Shown: positions 29,042 through 39,291 of the stretch, one piece after another | Numbering within the stretch: position 1 is the stretch's first letter | Layout: each line of letters opens with the position of its first letter | DNA from: a bacterium | Lineage (GTDB): Bacteria; UBA8248; JACPRG01; G963555815 | Reading direction: 5' to 3' | DNA length: 64,000 nucleotides | Assembly (NCBI GenBank): GCA_965218795.1 | Contig: OZ244653.1 | Span: forward strand, 672,001 to 736,000 | Made by a program: the position numbers and the translations under genes | Notes under the pieces: model-generated | Databases searched by the model: none | The model's input: the letters and a program-made list of their open reading frames with translations, nothing else | Told to the model about the DNA's origin: nothing

Positions 29042-30292
29042 TTATGGGAACTTCGGTTTCGGGAATTCCAGCTTGTTGATATCCCCGAATTCCGGTGGCC
29101 AGACGGTGGCGGTGGAGGCGTCCTTCCGCCACTGCGTGACGATGGTCGGCTTCCCGCCGTTCTGGGGACGGTGCATCATTCCGTTTTCGCACTCCCACCG
29201 CTGAGGGCCGACGAGGGTGGTCATTTTGAGGGTGCAGAACACCTTGCGGAGTTTCTTGGAATCCAGGGTGCCCACCTCTTCGATGGCCCGTTGAAGCATG
29301 AGCCCCACGTTGAAGCCCAGCGGAGAGTGGTTGTCCATTTGCTGCTTCTTGTCGGGGAAGAGCTTGTTGTGCCACTTGGCGAACTCGTCGTTGTTGGGCC
29401 CGTAATCGATCTTGTAGCGCTGGCTCATATCCCATTCGACGGGCCCGATGATGCCGTTTAGGATATTCCCGCCCAGAGCGTTCTTGTAATAATACATCCC
29501 GTTGTCCAGGATGCCGATGGAGCGCGCGTTTATTTTGAGCTCGGCCATTTGACGAACGGCCAGGATACTGGCGCCCGGCAGCCCAACGATGTAGATGTGG
29601 TCGGGCTTGATCCGGCGCACCCGGCTGAGGACCGGTGTTACGTCCTGCGCGCCGCGCGGGGTCTTGTCATAGAAGACGATCTTGAAACCCAAGTCCTCCG
29701 CAATTTTCTTGACCGTGGTGGCTACGCTCTTGGGAAACAGGGAATCCTCATATACAATCGCCAAGCGCATGTGCTGGGGGTCCACCTTTTTGATCAGATC
29801 GACGTAGGGACGTCCGAACTGATCCGCCCGTTCGATCCCCTGGACGATGTATTCGTACCCCTGAGTGTAGATCTTCGCGGAGGAGGCAGATGTCGCGATC
29901 ATCAGCTTCTTGTATTTGTCGGCGATGGGGGCGACCACGAAGGTCTGTCCGCTGGAATACGGGGCGAAGAAGAAATCGACCTTATCCGACACGGCGAGCC
30001 GCTCGTAAAGCCTGGCGAGGGTTTCGCGGTTGGTTTCGTCGTCGTAGTCGATCAGCTTGACCTTGAACTTCTTGCCCTTGTCCTTGACGTGGATTCCGCC
30101 CTGGGCGTTGACCCAGGCTTCCCAGGCCTTGGCCCCCTGCCAGACCTTGGTCGCAGGCGTTTGAAACATCCCGCTGAAGGAATTGGTCATCCCGATCTTG
30201 ATGACATCCTCCGCGGAAGCCCCGGGAGCGCTAAGCCCCATGGCGAAGACGAATGCCAGGGTCAACGTTAGATAACCCATCCACCGTTTCAT
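29042..30292 (-). CDS. ABC substrate-binding protein (LivK-like) with Sec signal
   Basis: Signal MKRWMGYL...ASA; VNAQGGI, YDDETN, FFAPYSSG. Confidence 0.9.
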   Translation of the reverse strand: MKRWMGYLTLTLAFVFAMGLSAPGASAEDVIKIGMTNSFSGMFQTPATKVWQGAKAWEAWVNAQGGIHVKDKGKKFKVKLIDYDDETNRETLARLYERLAVSDKVDFFFAPYSSGQTFVVAPIADKYKKLMIATSASSAKIYTQGYEYIVQGIERADQFGRPYVDLIKKVDPQHMRLAIVYEDSLFPKSVATTVKKIAEDLGFKIVFYDKTPRGAQDVTPVLSRVRRIKPDHIYIVGLPGASILAVRQMAELKINARSIGILDNGMYYYKNALGGNILNGIIGPVEWDMSQRYKIDYGPNNDEFAKWHNKLFPDKKQQMDNHSPLGFNVGLMLQRAIEEVGTLDSKKLRKVFCTLKMTTLVGPQRWECENGMMHRPQNGGKPTIVTQWRKDASTATVWPPEFGDINKLEFPKPKFP

Positions 30293-30596
30293 GATCCACC
30301 CTCCATGCATTGTGAGCAGTTCTGAATCATAGACGGAGACGACCGCCTCCTTGAAGAGCGCAATTGATCCCCGCCTCTCAGAAACTGAGAAAAGAGCTAT
30401 TTGAAAAAAGAATTATCAGGATATGACGATTCGGGATTTCTTGTCAATCCGTAATTCATCGCGCCGAGACTCCACCGCCGCGTCGATGGCAAGGGGATTC
30501 ACGGAACCTCAAGACGAAAGCATGACCCGTAAGCAGGAAGTCATCCGGAATTGCGGAGCTTGTCCGGGTTCACGAATGTATCGCCGCAGAACCAAG

Positions 30597-30633
30597 AACG
30601 GGCCTTCGGGCTCTCATCCCGAAGGCCCGTTCT
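30597..30633 (-). terminator. Hairpin terminator after the oxidoreductase operon
   Basis: gaacgggccttcggg-N7-cccgaaggcccgttc inverted repeat ~30 bp after the beta-subunit stop. Confidence 0.7.
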
Positions 30634-30661
30634 CGCTGTTCAACCCGATCAACGGGCGGGG

Positions 30662-31663
30662 TCAGTCCTTGAGAATCGGGATGGCGCCGGGCACCATCCA
30701 ATGGTCCCACTGATCGTCGATCTTGTCCTGAAAGTACTTGTGATCCTCTTCGTTGAAGTGGGCGAAGCGGCCCTGGGTTTGCAGGTACTCACGGACGGGC
30801 TTGCGTTTTTTGTATCCGTTGACGAGGTCCCGCGTGGGCTGCTGGTATGTGATTTTCCCGTCTTCATAAGAGAAAAGCGGCCAGATGCCCGTCTCGCAGG
30901 CCAGCTCGCCGAGCTTGTGAGAGAAGTAGGGATCGTAGTCCCACCCTTTGGGGCAGGGGTCGAGGGTGTGGATGAACGTCGGTCCCGAAATGCTGAGACC
31001 CTTGCGGACCTTGTCGATCAGGTCCGTGGGATAGGAGGCGTCGGCCGTGGCCACAAACCGGCATTCCGGGTGTCCGACCGCCAACATCCCCGCCATATTC
31101 TTCTTCCAGCGCGTGTGGAGGATCCGGTGCTTCTTGCCGGGCGGGCTGAATGTCGTGTTCACCCCCCAGGGCGAGGCGCCGGATACCTGAATGTCCGTAT
31201 TCGCGTAGGATTCATTGTCGTACATGATGATGAGCAGGTTGTACTGGACGTGCTGGAGCGCCGCCGAGATGGCGGATAGGCCCATGTCCACCCCGCCCCC
31301 GTCGCCGCAGAACGCGATGACGTTGATGGGCTCTTCCGCGATCTTCCCTTTGCGCATCAGCGCGCGAAGGCCCGCCGCCGTCCCGGTTGCGGCCGACCCG
31401 GAGGAGCCGAGCTGGGTGTGCATCCACGGCACCACCCAGGGCGTGGAGTAGTACGTGGTGTTGGCCACGTACATGCATCCTGTGCTCCCGAGGATGACGG
31501 TCCGCGGGCCTGCGGCCTTGGCCATGAGCTTCATGACCAGCGCGGACTCGCAACCCTGACAGGTCCGGTGGCCGGAGGTGAAATACTCCTCCACCAGCTT
31601 CAGGGGGATGTTCTTCAGCTTCTTGATCGGCTCGAGGACTTGAGGTCCGACTGCATCCGCCAT
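30662..31663 (-). CDS. 2-oxoacid:ferredoxin oxidoreductase beta (TPP-binding) subunit, oxalate oxidoreductase-like
   Basis: GHRTCQGC, TGCMYVANT, GDGGGVDMG, YDNESYANT, PCPKGW. Confidence 0.88.
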   Translation of the reverse strand: MADAVGPQVLEPIKKLKNIPLKLVEEYFTSGHRTCQGCESALVMKLMAKAAGPRTVILGSTGCMYVANTTYYSTPWVVPWMHTQLGSSGSAATGTAAGLRALMRKGKIAEEPINVIAFCGDGGGVDMGLSAISAALQHVQYNLLIIMYDNESYANTDIQVSGASPWGVNTTFSPPGKKHRILHTRWKKNMAGMLAVGHPECRFVATADASYPTDLIDKVRKGLSISGPTFIHTLDPCPKGWDYDPYFSHKLGELACETGIWPLFSYEDGKITYQQPTRDLVNGYKKRKPVREYLQTQGRFAHFNEEDHKYFQDKIDDQWDHWMVPGAIPILKD

Positions 31664-31668
31664 GGTTT

Positions 31669-32883
31669 TTACTCCCTCACATCGACCCAGCGTACGGGCT
31701 GGTCAACGGATCCGTTGGCCGCCGCAGCCAGGGTCTGGTCAATGATCTCATTGGTCGACTCCAGCGTCACCTCACGCCCGCCCAGCCCCGCGATGAAGCC
31801 CAGGACATTGGGACGGTTGTCGAGCTCGTAGAGAGCCGAACGGGTTTCAGTGTACAACACGCCGCCGCAGAAAGGCGAGCCGAAGGAATAATCCCGGTCG
31901 ACGACCCCCACCGCCTTGAATCGGCTCAGGCACTCACGGATCGGCTCAGTCCCGAAAGGCCGGAACCATTTGACGCGGACGAAGCCGATCTTTTTACCCG
32001 CCTCCCGGGCCTTTCGCACGGCCACCCGGGCGGGCAGGGCCAGCGTGCCCATTCCCATGAGGACGGCGTCGGCGTCTTCGGTCATGTACTCCTCGAAGTA
32101 GGGGGAGTCGCCACCCCGGCCGAACTTGGATCGGAAATCGGCGTGGGCCTCCTCCAGGACGCCGCGGGCCCGCTTCATCCCTTCGTCGCTCTGCTTCCGC
32201 ATCTCCATCAGCCAGTCTTCGTTCACCTGCGGGGCGATGGTGATGGGATTGTCGGGGTGGAGCCGGAGTTCGCCCCGGTCGTAGGGGGGCAGGTAGTCGT
32301 TGACCGAATCCTGATCGGGGACCATGACCAGTTGCTGACTGTGGGTGAGGAACGCCCCGTCCGTCGCGATGGCGCAGGGCAGCATGACGCCCCGGTTTTC
32401 GGCGATCCGGAAGGCCATCAGCGCGGTGTCGAGGGCCTCTTGGGCCGTGTCCACCCAGTTCAGCATCCAGCCCAGGTCGCGAACGGCCAGGGCGTCGTTG
32501 TGCTCGGTACCGAAGGCTCCGGGGTCGTCAAGCGCCCGATTGCCGACCATGGCGACAACGGGCAGGCGGAGCCCGGCGGTCACGGCAAGAGCCTCCATGG
32601 CGTAGAACCAGCCCACCCCGCTGCTGCCGGTGAAGACGCGGGCGCCGACGGCCGATGCATGCTTGACGATTTCGAACTGGGAATGCTCGCTCTCGGCCAC
32701 GATGTAATCGGCGTCCATGTCCCCGTTGGCAATCATTTTGGCGACAAACTGCATCACCGTGTCGTACGGGCGGATGGGATACGCGGTGATCACGTCCACA
32801 TCCGCCAGCCGGCAGGCGTGCGCGATGGCCTCGCTGCCGCTGATGAGCTCCTCGCGCTCAAGGACGGCGGTCTCAGGCGCCAT
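31669..32883 (-). CDS. 2-oxoacid:ferredoxin oxidoreductase alpha subunit, oxalate oxidoreductase-like
   Basis: YPIRPY (not YPITP), ESEHS, ARVFTGSSGVG, GLGGRE. Confidence 0.88.
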   Translation of the reverse strand: MAPETAVLEREELISGSEAIAHACRLADVDVITAYPIRPYDTVMQFVAKMIANGDMDADYIVAESEHSQFEIVKHASAVGARVFTGSSGVGWFYAMEALAVTAGLRLPVVAMVGNRALDDPGAFGTEHNDALAVRDLGWMLNWVDTAQEALDTALMAFRIAENRGVMLPCAIATDGAFLTHSQQLVMVPDQDSVNDYLPPYDRGELRLHPDNPITIAPQVNEDWLMEMRKQSDEGMKRARGVLEEAHADFRSKFGRGGDSPYFEEYMTEDADAVLMGMGTLALPARVAVRKAREAGKKIGFVRVKWFRPFGTEPIRECLSRFKAVGVVDRDYSFGSPFCGGVLYTETRSALYELDNRPNVLGFIAGLGGREVTLESTNEIIDQTLAAAANGSVDQPVRWVDVRE

Positions 32884-34018
32884 GGGAGAGTCCTCCAAAG
32901 ACCGGGGACAGCCCGGTCACCGGGTTGCGATTCTCGACGCGTCCGGCTTCCACGACCCCGGCGCGCCACTCCTCGTAGTCTTCCTTGTTTTCCTTGAACA
33001 TCACGAACTGGCTGTCGCGGTCGTTGAAGACCGTTTCGTTCACCATCACGATGCAGTCATTGACCGGGCAGATCTGCTCGCAGACGCCGCAGCCGCAGCA
33101 GGCCTCCATGTTGGCGTCGTAATAGTATTCGGGCGTCACGTCGAAACAGGAATCCGGACAGGCGATCCAGCACAGTGTGCATTTCGTGCACGTCTCGAAG
33201 TTGACCACGGGCCGCATGGTCCGGGTGCTCCACTTCTTGAAGTAGGGATTGCGTCCCGGCTCGTAGCCGCCTTCCTCCCCCTGGAAACCGCCCCCGACGT
33301 CGATCCCCCGGACCACCAGCCCTTCTTCCATGTTCGTCCAGCCGGGCTTGTCGAAGGAGAAAGGCTCTTCCGGATCCCCTTCGCCGGGTTTCACTTCCCT
33401 CAACCGGGCGTCCTCGAAGGAGGCATGGGCCGATTCCACCAACGCGTCATCGTTCTTGAGGTTCTCGCGGATGGACTGCTCCATCTCCGCCAGGCCGGCC
33501 AGTTGGGGGCAGAGCTTGGCCACCGCACCCAGGATGCGGGCATCGGTGTGATCGTCCTTGTAGACCCAGAGGCCGGCGAAGCTGGCCTCGCCGTCGAGGA
33601 TGCAGAGATGATAGGGAGTGTCCGTCTGATGAATGTGCGGGATCAATTCGTCGGCCGATTTCTTGGATGTGACGAGCAGGATGCCGCCCTCTTTCGTCAG
33701 TTCGTTGATGGGTTGAAGACCGTACCATCCCCAGGATTCCACGCCCTTGCAGAGCGTGTCATCGACCACGATGGAGATGTCCACCGACTTGGGCTCGTAC
33801 TGCGCGGCCACCTCCTCCAGCTCTTCCGGACTCTCCGCGATATATGCAAACTGCTTGGCCGGAATGCCGTTTCGCTCGGGCGAGTCCCCGTAGCGGCCGA
33901 ACGAGATACCGACCTTTCCGGCCTTCCGGGCGGCGAACACCAAAGCGCGACTGAGCTTTCCAGCCAGCTGTTTCTGAAAGATGCCGCGGTAGACAATCTC
34001 AACAGCGACGATACTCAT
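32873..34018 (-). CDS. Fused gamma/delta subunit with two [4Fe-4S] clusters (oxalate oxidoreductase delta-like)
   Basis: RYGDSPERNGIP domain III; CTKCTLCWIACP and CCGCGVCEQICP. Confidence 0.85.
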   Translation of the reverse strand: MSIVAVEIVYRGIFQKQLAGKLSRALVFAARKAGKVGISFGRYGDSPERNGIPAKQFAYIAESPEELEEVAAQYEPKSVDISIVVDDTLCKGVESWGWYGLQPINELTKEGGILLVTSKKSADELIPHIHQTDTPYHLCILDGEASFAGLWVYKDDHTDARILGAVAKLCPQLAGLAEMEQSIRENLKNDDALVESAHASFEDARLREVKPGEGDPEEPFSFDKPGWTNMEEGLVVRGIDVGGGFQGEEGGYEPGRNPYFKKWSTRTMRPVVNFETCTKCTLCWIACPDSCFDVTPEYYYDANMEACCGCGVCEQICPVNDCIVMVNETVFNDRDSQFVMFKENKEDYEEWRAGVVEAGRVENRNPVTGLSPVFGGLSHGA

Positions 34019-34839
34019 CAGATCCTCCCCCTTTGCGTTGGTGAGTCAGGAGCAATGGATTTGCCGTGGATTCTCTTCCTCTTTTCAGGGTTCGTTGCCG
34101 TCTTTGCGGTTTTCCGGCTTGGCCGGCCGTTGGCGGAATTTTCCTGATTGTAGTTCTTGCGGACAAATTCCTCGACGGTTGCCAGATGTTCGTCCATGGC
34201 CGAGTGGGCCGTTGAGCCATCCCCCTGCTGAATGGCCTCCAAGACTTTCTGATGGCCTCTCAAGGAGAGCTTGGGCCGTCCGCCGGTTTGAAAACGGGAG
34301 TCCCGCGTCTTTCTCAACAGATCGTGAATCCCGTCGATCAATCGGAGGAACACCTGGTTGCAGGCGGCCTGCGCAATGGCGAGATGGAATTCACTGTCCG
34401 CGTCGGATCCGGCCTCTCCGCGGTCGACCATCTCGGCGTGCCGATGAACGATTCCCGCGAGGTCATCAATCTGGGATTCCGTGGCCCGCTCCGCGGCCTG
34501 TTCAGCGAGATAGGGTTCGATGAGCCTGCGGACCTCGAAGATCTCACGGATGTTGTCCTGTTCCTGCAATATGGTCAGGGCGAGAGGCTGAATCAGGTTC
34601 TCGACGTTCGCGGCCGTTACATATGTACCGCTTCCCACGCGGCTTTCGACCAGACCCAGGGACTCGAGGACGCATATCGCCTCCCTGACCGAGGCCCGGC
34701 TGACGTTGAAGGTTTCCACCAGATCCCTTTCCGGGGGGAGGCGGTCCCCGTTCTTGAGCTGGCCCTGTACGATCAGGTTTTGAACCTGGGCGACGATCCT
34801 TTCGTAGACCCGGTTCTTTTTGATCTCTTGCAGTTGCAT
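34018..34839 (-). CDS. FadR/GntR family transcriptional regulator
   Basis: GDRLPPERDL, VSRASVREA, GSGTYV, FCD domain DSEFHLAIA; translationally coupled to the delta subunit. Confidence 0.92.
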   Translation of the reverse strand: MQLQEIKKNRVYERIVAQVQNLIVQGQLKNGDRLPPERDLVETFNVSRASVREAICVLESLGLVESRVGSGTYVTAANVENLIQPLALTILQEQDNIREIFEVRRLIEPYLAEQAAERATESQIDDLAGIVHRHAEMVDRGEAGSDADSEFHLAIAQAACNQVFLRLIDGIHDLLRKTRDSRFQTGGRPKLSLRGHQKVLEAIQQGDGSTAHSAMDEHLATVEEFVRKNYNQENSANGRPSRKTAKTATNPEKRKRIHGKSIAPDSPTQRGRI

Positions 34840-34892
34840 CGGACTCCGAATCCTGGCCGCGCCCCTCCGGGCGCTTATTCGTGAGGATTGCA

Positions 34893-34939
34893 AATTGGCC
34901 TGACAACTGTACTATCTTTGATTTCGAGCCGTCAGTCAA
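34893..34939 (-). promoter_or_regulatory. Putative sigma70 promoter with adjacent FadR-family operator
   Basis: Minus strand TTGACT-17 bp-GATAGT; immediately downstream aattggcctgacaact (34893-34908) resembles the FadR/LldR-type AATTGGTCnnACCAATT box. Confidence 0.45.
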
Positions 34940-35089
34940 GAAAGATTTCAGGCGGTGTCTCATTTTGAAATTTCATCCAGGGTGGCAGGTTATCGCAACC
35001 CGCCTCGCATCAGACCGCATGTATATCCGTGCGCGATTCACCTGTTGCCCGCATAAAGCGATGAGATCGAGGCAGGTGGAGCGATTCGC

Positions 35090-35380
35090 CATGTATACGG
35101 TCAAGAGCGGGGCTGCCATGTACCGTGCTGACGATACGGAAGGGAAGAAAGCCGTCAAGCCCTGCAAAGAATGCCGGGCCGGATGCTCGCCGCGTGCGCA
35201 GTGAACTGGAGAAGCTGGCTCAATATCCGGACCGGCGGGACATGGATGCGACGCGGTTACGGGGCCGCCCAGGTTTTCGGCTGCGGGCCGGCGGCTGGCG
35301 TGTCATCGACAAGCGAGACGAAGAGACCCGCGCGAGACCAATGTGCTGCGCATCGGCCCGCGTGGCGATGTCTACAAGGG
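35090..35380 (+). pseudogene. RelE/ParE-family toxin, frameshifted
   Basis: Fragments in different frames: KKAVK / RRVRSELEKLAQYP...RLRGRPGFRLRAGGWRVI / VLRIGPRGDVYK. Confidence 0.75.
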
Positions 35381-35393
35381 GCAGGAGAGCGAC

Positions 35394-35744
35394 ATGACCA
35401 AACCGCAAGTCATCCTCGACGACGGCGGAAACCCGGCATTCGCCGTCATCCCATGGCGGGAGTACGAACGCTTGACGACAGCAGACGCCGAGGCGGGTCT
35501 TGAGTGACGAAGAGCTTTACGACCGCGCCACGGTCGAGGGCGAAGAGTCCTTTCCCATGATGTGGCGGACCGCCTGCTGGCGGGGGAGAACGCCGTCAGG
35601 GTATACCGTGATCATCGTGGAATGACCCAGAAACAACTGGCCGAGGCCGCCGGCATCAACGCGATCTATTTTTCGCAGATCGAAAGGGGCCGACGCACCG
35701 GCTCGGCCAGGACCCTGGTCGCCATTGCCGAGGCCTTGATCTGA
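35394..35744 (+). pseudogene. XRE/HTH antitoxin, frameshifted
   Basis: AGGAG RBS; MTKPQVILDDGGNPAFAVIPWREYERL / DEELYDRA / ADRLLAGENAVRVYRDHRGMTQKQLAEAAGINAIYFSQIERG. Confidence 0.78.
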
Positions 35745-35765
35745 GGGGGGACTCGACCCCTGCCC

Positions 35766-36122
35766 GCCATTCCCGCGCAGGCGGGAATCCAGCAAGAGCC
35801 GTGCTCTCGCCCAAACAAAAAGCCCCGGCGGAACTTCCCCTCCACCGGGGCCTTCGGTTCAGGCCATGGACCGGCCTTTCTCTCATGTCTCCGGTCCCAC
35901 GTACTTTTGCTCAACTTACGCAGTAGTATGGACCCTCTGCCACAACCTGTCAAGGGGATTTTTCGTTTTTATTTTGTTTTTCAGAGTTTCGAGCGATCAA
36001 AAAAAATCCGTCAGGGTGTACCAAAACCGGAGACCCGCCCCATGGATTCCTGCCTGCGCAGGAATGACAGACATGCGCTCTTGGACCTCCCAACCCGTCA
36101 TCCCCGCGGAAGCGGGAATTCA
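35766..36122. repeat. Three REP/dRS3-like palindromes
   Basis: 35766-35792, 36043-36068, 36097-36122. Confidence 0.78.
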
Positions 36123-36171
36123 CCCCGCGCAGTACGCCAGGGGGTCGCAACGGCGAGGCGTTGGTTCCGCG

Positions 36172-36684
36172 CTACGCCGTCAATTGGTACGCGTCGATTC
36201 GACGATAATCGAATTTGTCGGGCGTCCAAGCTGCAAAAAGATAAGTGTCGCCAGTTTGGGTGTGGTCGCACTTGCAAATATATTTCGCAAACTCTTCAAA
36301 CTTATCGTCATTCGGCGACCAATACTTACTGTCAAACACCATTACCCGGACATCCGCACGTGCCAGTAGGAGCTTTTGAAAATCAGAGTAGATGTGTTTC
36401 TTGCTATCCCATTCGCATTCCGCAACCAGAGGAACTTTTCTCAAGTAATCGTCATCGTACTTCAAGCAAGTGACGTCATAGAGCCATTCGCCGTCTTCAG
36501 CAACGCCGGCCACGCCTTTCGCACAGAAATGGAAATTGGGATTGCATGCCTTACATGCATTACACAGGGTGGTCGTTACCTCCTTTGTCCAGATGGCTTT
36601 CCCAGCATTCCCCAATGCCGGCTTGCTGAAGAGGGCATCGAGAGCAGCACGGACCTCACTTATGATTTTGTCCTTGTCGGGCAT
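36172..36684 (-). CDS. Hypothetical protein with PD-(D/E)xK nuclease-like motifs, lower GC
   Basis: GAAGGAG RBS; EWLYDV...LVAECEW...SDFQKLL. Confidence 0.65.
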   Translation of the reverse strand: MPDKDKIISEVRAALDALFSKPALGNAGKAIWTKEVTTTLCNACKACNPNFHFCAKGVAGVAEDGEWLYDVTCLKYDDDYLRKVPLVAECEWDSKKHIYSDFQKLLLARADVRVMVFDSKYWSPNDDKFEEFAKYICKCDHTQTGDTYLFAAWTPDKFDYRRIDAYQLTA

Positions 36685-36721
36685 ACGGATTCTCCTTCCG
36701 TGTGAAAGCCGTTTTTTGTCC

Positions 36722-36832
36722 GGCAGTCCCCATCTGGCGCCGGTACGCCGACGCGTAAGGAGAATGAGTTTTTGCCATCTGAACACCTCCTGTGCACAGT
36801 CTGAAGGTGTCCACCGTATTGGGGCAACTCCA
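36722..36832 (-). mobile_element. IS3-family left-end remnant
   Basis: IR-like TGgagttgccccaatacggtggacacc, then AGGAGG RBS and MAKTHSPYASAYRRQM (OrfA N-terminus), truncated after ~17 codons. Confidence 0.6.
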
Positions 36833-37152
36833 CGGGCTAACCGTTGGAGACGCAACAGTTTGCACCACCCGGTCAGTCGAGCGGAACGGAAGGACGATGC
36901 GGACGCCGGGCGGCGCTTGTTCATCACACCTAACGCGCCATCCACTTGACCCATCCTCGCCGATACGCCAACATTCCAACTTGCAGATTCCAAATGCCGG
37001 CCCCGGAAATGCGCCGGTCCGGCCTCGATGGATTGGCGCGGCAACAGGATGCGTCGAGAATCCTGCTTGAGGCCGGCCGGGATGTTTTTCGTCATCGAAA
37101 GAAACGGCGTTCCGTCCGGAGAATGAGGAATGCGCAGGAGGGGAAGGCGCCC

Positions 37153-39219
37153 ATGCGGTTCGCGGTAGATACGGGGGGCACATTCACCGACTTGGTCCTC
37201 GAGGATGAGCAAGGCGCCCTCCACATGTTCAAGGCCCCCACGACGCCCCACGACCCGGTCGAAGGGATCCTGAATGCGGTGGGTGCGGCGGCGGAAAGCC
37301 TGTCCATGACGCCGAAGAGTCTGCTCGGCGGGGGAGACATCTTCATCCACGGGACCACGCACGCCATCAATGCCGTTGTCACCGGGAACACGGCGAAGAC
37401 CGCTTTTTTGACCACCCGGGGCCACCCCGATATCCTGGTCCTCCGCGAAGGGGGCCGCATCGAGCCGTTCAACTTTCTGGTCCCCTTCCCGAAGCCCTAT
37501 ATCCCCCGGTCGCTGACGTTCGAGCTGCCGGAACGGGTTCGCTCGGACGGGCGGGTCGTGGAACCGCTGGATGAGGACGCCACAATCGGGATCCTCCGGC
37601 GGTTGAATAAGCTCAAGGCAGAGTCCGTCGCGGTCTGTCTTCTCTGGTCAACGGTCAATCCGGTCCATGAGAAGCGGGTCGGAAAACTTCTCGAAACGCA
37701 CCTCCCCGACGTCCCCTTCACCCTCTCGCACGTTTTGAACCCCATCCTTCGCGAGTACCGGCGCGCCTCATCCGCCTGCATCGACGCATCGCTCAAGCCG
37801 CTCATGTCGAGCTACCTGAAGGGGCTCGCGCAACGTCTTCGTTCTTCGGGATTCAGAGGGCGGCTGCTCATGCTGACCTCGCAGGGCGGCGTGCTGGACG
37901 CGGCCGAGATGACGGAAGCGCCCATTCATGCCATCGGATCGGGACCTTCCATGGCGCCCATCGCCGGCCGCGAGTACGCGAGAAGCGACGCCAAGGCCGA
38001 TACCGCCATCGTTGCGGATACGGGCGGGACCACTTTCGACATCAGCCTCGTGCGCCGTGACAAGATCCCGATGACGCCGGAGATGTGGCTGGGCCAGCGG
38101 TACCGGGGCCACATCCTCGGCTTTCCCTCCGTGGACGTCCGGAGCATCGGCGCGGGCGGGGGAAGTATCGCTTGGGTGGACGAAGGCGGATTGCTTCACG
38201 TCGGTCCCATCAGCGCCGGCGCGGTTCCGGGCCCGGCCTGCTACGGGAAGGGGGGTGACCGGCCCACCGTGACGGACGCCGCCCTGGTGCTCGGTTACAT
38301 CGACCCGGCCTACTTTCTGGGCGGAACCATGGCGTTGGAGGCGGGGCGCGCGGCCCAGGCCATCGAGAGCGATGTGGGGACCCCTTTGGGGTTGAGCCTG
38401 CAGGAGGCGGCATGGGCCATTCTGCGTCTGGCCACGGAGAACATGGTCAGCGCGATTGAGGAGATCACCATCAACCAGGGGATCGATCCTCGAGGGTCGG
38501 TGCTCGTGGGCGGAGGCGGCGCGGCCGGTTTGAACTCGGTGGCGATCGCGCGCAGGCTCGGCTGCGGAAGCCTTGTCATCCCGGAGGTCGGCGCGGCGCT
38601 GTCCGCGGCGGGCGCGCTGATGTCCGACCTTCAGGCGGATTACCGGGCGCTTCATTACGCGTCGACGGACAAATTCGATTTCGACGGGGTGAACAGCGTC
38701 CTGAAGTCTCTCGTGGAACGGTGCCGGGCCTTTGTGAAGGGGCCCGGACAGGGGGCCGCGGACCACAGCATCGACATCTATGCCGAGGCCCGCTACCGGC
38801 ATCAAATCTGGGAAATCGATCTCCCCTTGCAGGTGGCCCGATTCAAATCGAAGCGGGATATGGACCGGGTGCGGGAGGATTTCGATCAGGTTCACGAGGA
38901 GGTCTTTGCCTTTCGCGACCCGGGTTCGGACGTGGAGTTCGTCGGCTGGCGCGCCACTGTTCGCTGCAACCTGCGGGAGGGCGCCCTGGGCCGCCTCGGC
39001 CATGAGAAGGCGTTTGAAGTAAAGGTGCCGACCAGCCGGAAGGCCTTCTTCGAAGGAAGGGGGGCGGTCAAAACCCAAGTCGAGTTGTTCGAGACCATGA
39101 GACGAAACCGGCCGCTCAAGGGGCCGGCCATCATCGAATCACCCTTCACGACCGTGGTGATTGACCCGGGCGCGACGGTGGTCCGTAAAAAGAGCGGAAC
39201 CCTGGTGATTACCCCTTAG
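37153..39219 (+). CDS. Hydantoinase/oxoprolinase subunit A (HyuA/OplA-like)
   Basis: VDTGGTFTD, HGTTHAINA, REYRR, SGPS, DTGGTTFD, IGAGGGS, SAGAVPGPACYG, GGGAAG. Confidence 0.92.
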   Translation: MRFAVDTGGTFTDLVLEDEQGALHMFKAPTTPHDPVEGILNAVGAAAESLSMTPKSLLGGGDIFIHGTTHAINAVVTGNTAKTAFLTTRGHPDILVLREGGRIEPFNFLVPFPKPYIPRSLTFELPERVRSDGRVVEPLDEDATIGILRRLNKLKAESVAVCLLWSTVNPVHEKRVGKLLETHLPDVPFTLSHVLNPILREYRRASSACIDASLKPLMSSYLKGLAQRLRSSGFRGRLLMLTSQGGVLDAAEMTEAPIHAIGSGPSMAPIAGREYARSDAKADTAIVADTGGTTFDISLVRRDKIPMTPEMWLGQRYRGHILGFPSVDVRSIGAGGGSIAWVDEGGLLHVGPISAGAVPGPACYGKGGDRPTVTDAALVLGYIDPAYFLGGTMALEAGRAAQAIESDVGTPLGLSLQEAAWAILRLATENMVSAIEEITINQGIDPRGSVLVGGGGAAGLNSVAIARRLGCGSLVIPEVGAALSAAGALMSDLQADYRALHYASTDKFDFDGVNSVLKSLVERCRAFVKGPGQGAADHSIDIYAEARYRHQIWEIDLPLQVARFKSKRDMDRVREDFDQVHEEVFAFRDPGSDVEFVGWRATVRCNLREGALGRLGHEKAFEVKVPTSRKAFFEGRGAVKTQVELFETMRRNRPLKGPAIIESPFTTVVIDPGATVVRKKSGTLVITP

Positions 39220-39291
39220 CGGGCAGGCGGTCGCCAAGGGCGTTTGAGTCAATCGGCTCACAAAGGCGCATCAAGAGAGGATTGAGGGACC

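Noticed and set aside
36685-37425. N-terminal extension of the 417-aa minus-strand ORF
   Set aside because: Overlaps hydantoinase A antisense and the IS remnant; the real start is more likely MPDKDK at 36684 with a GAAGGAG RBS
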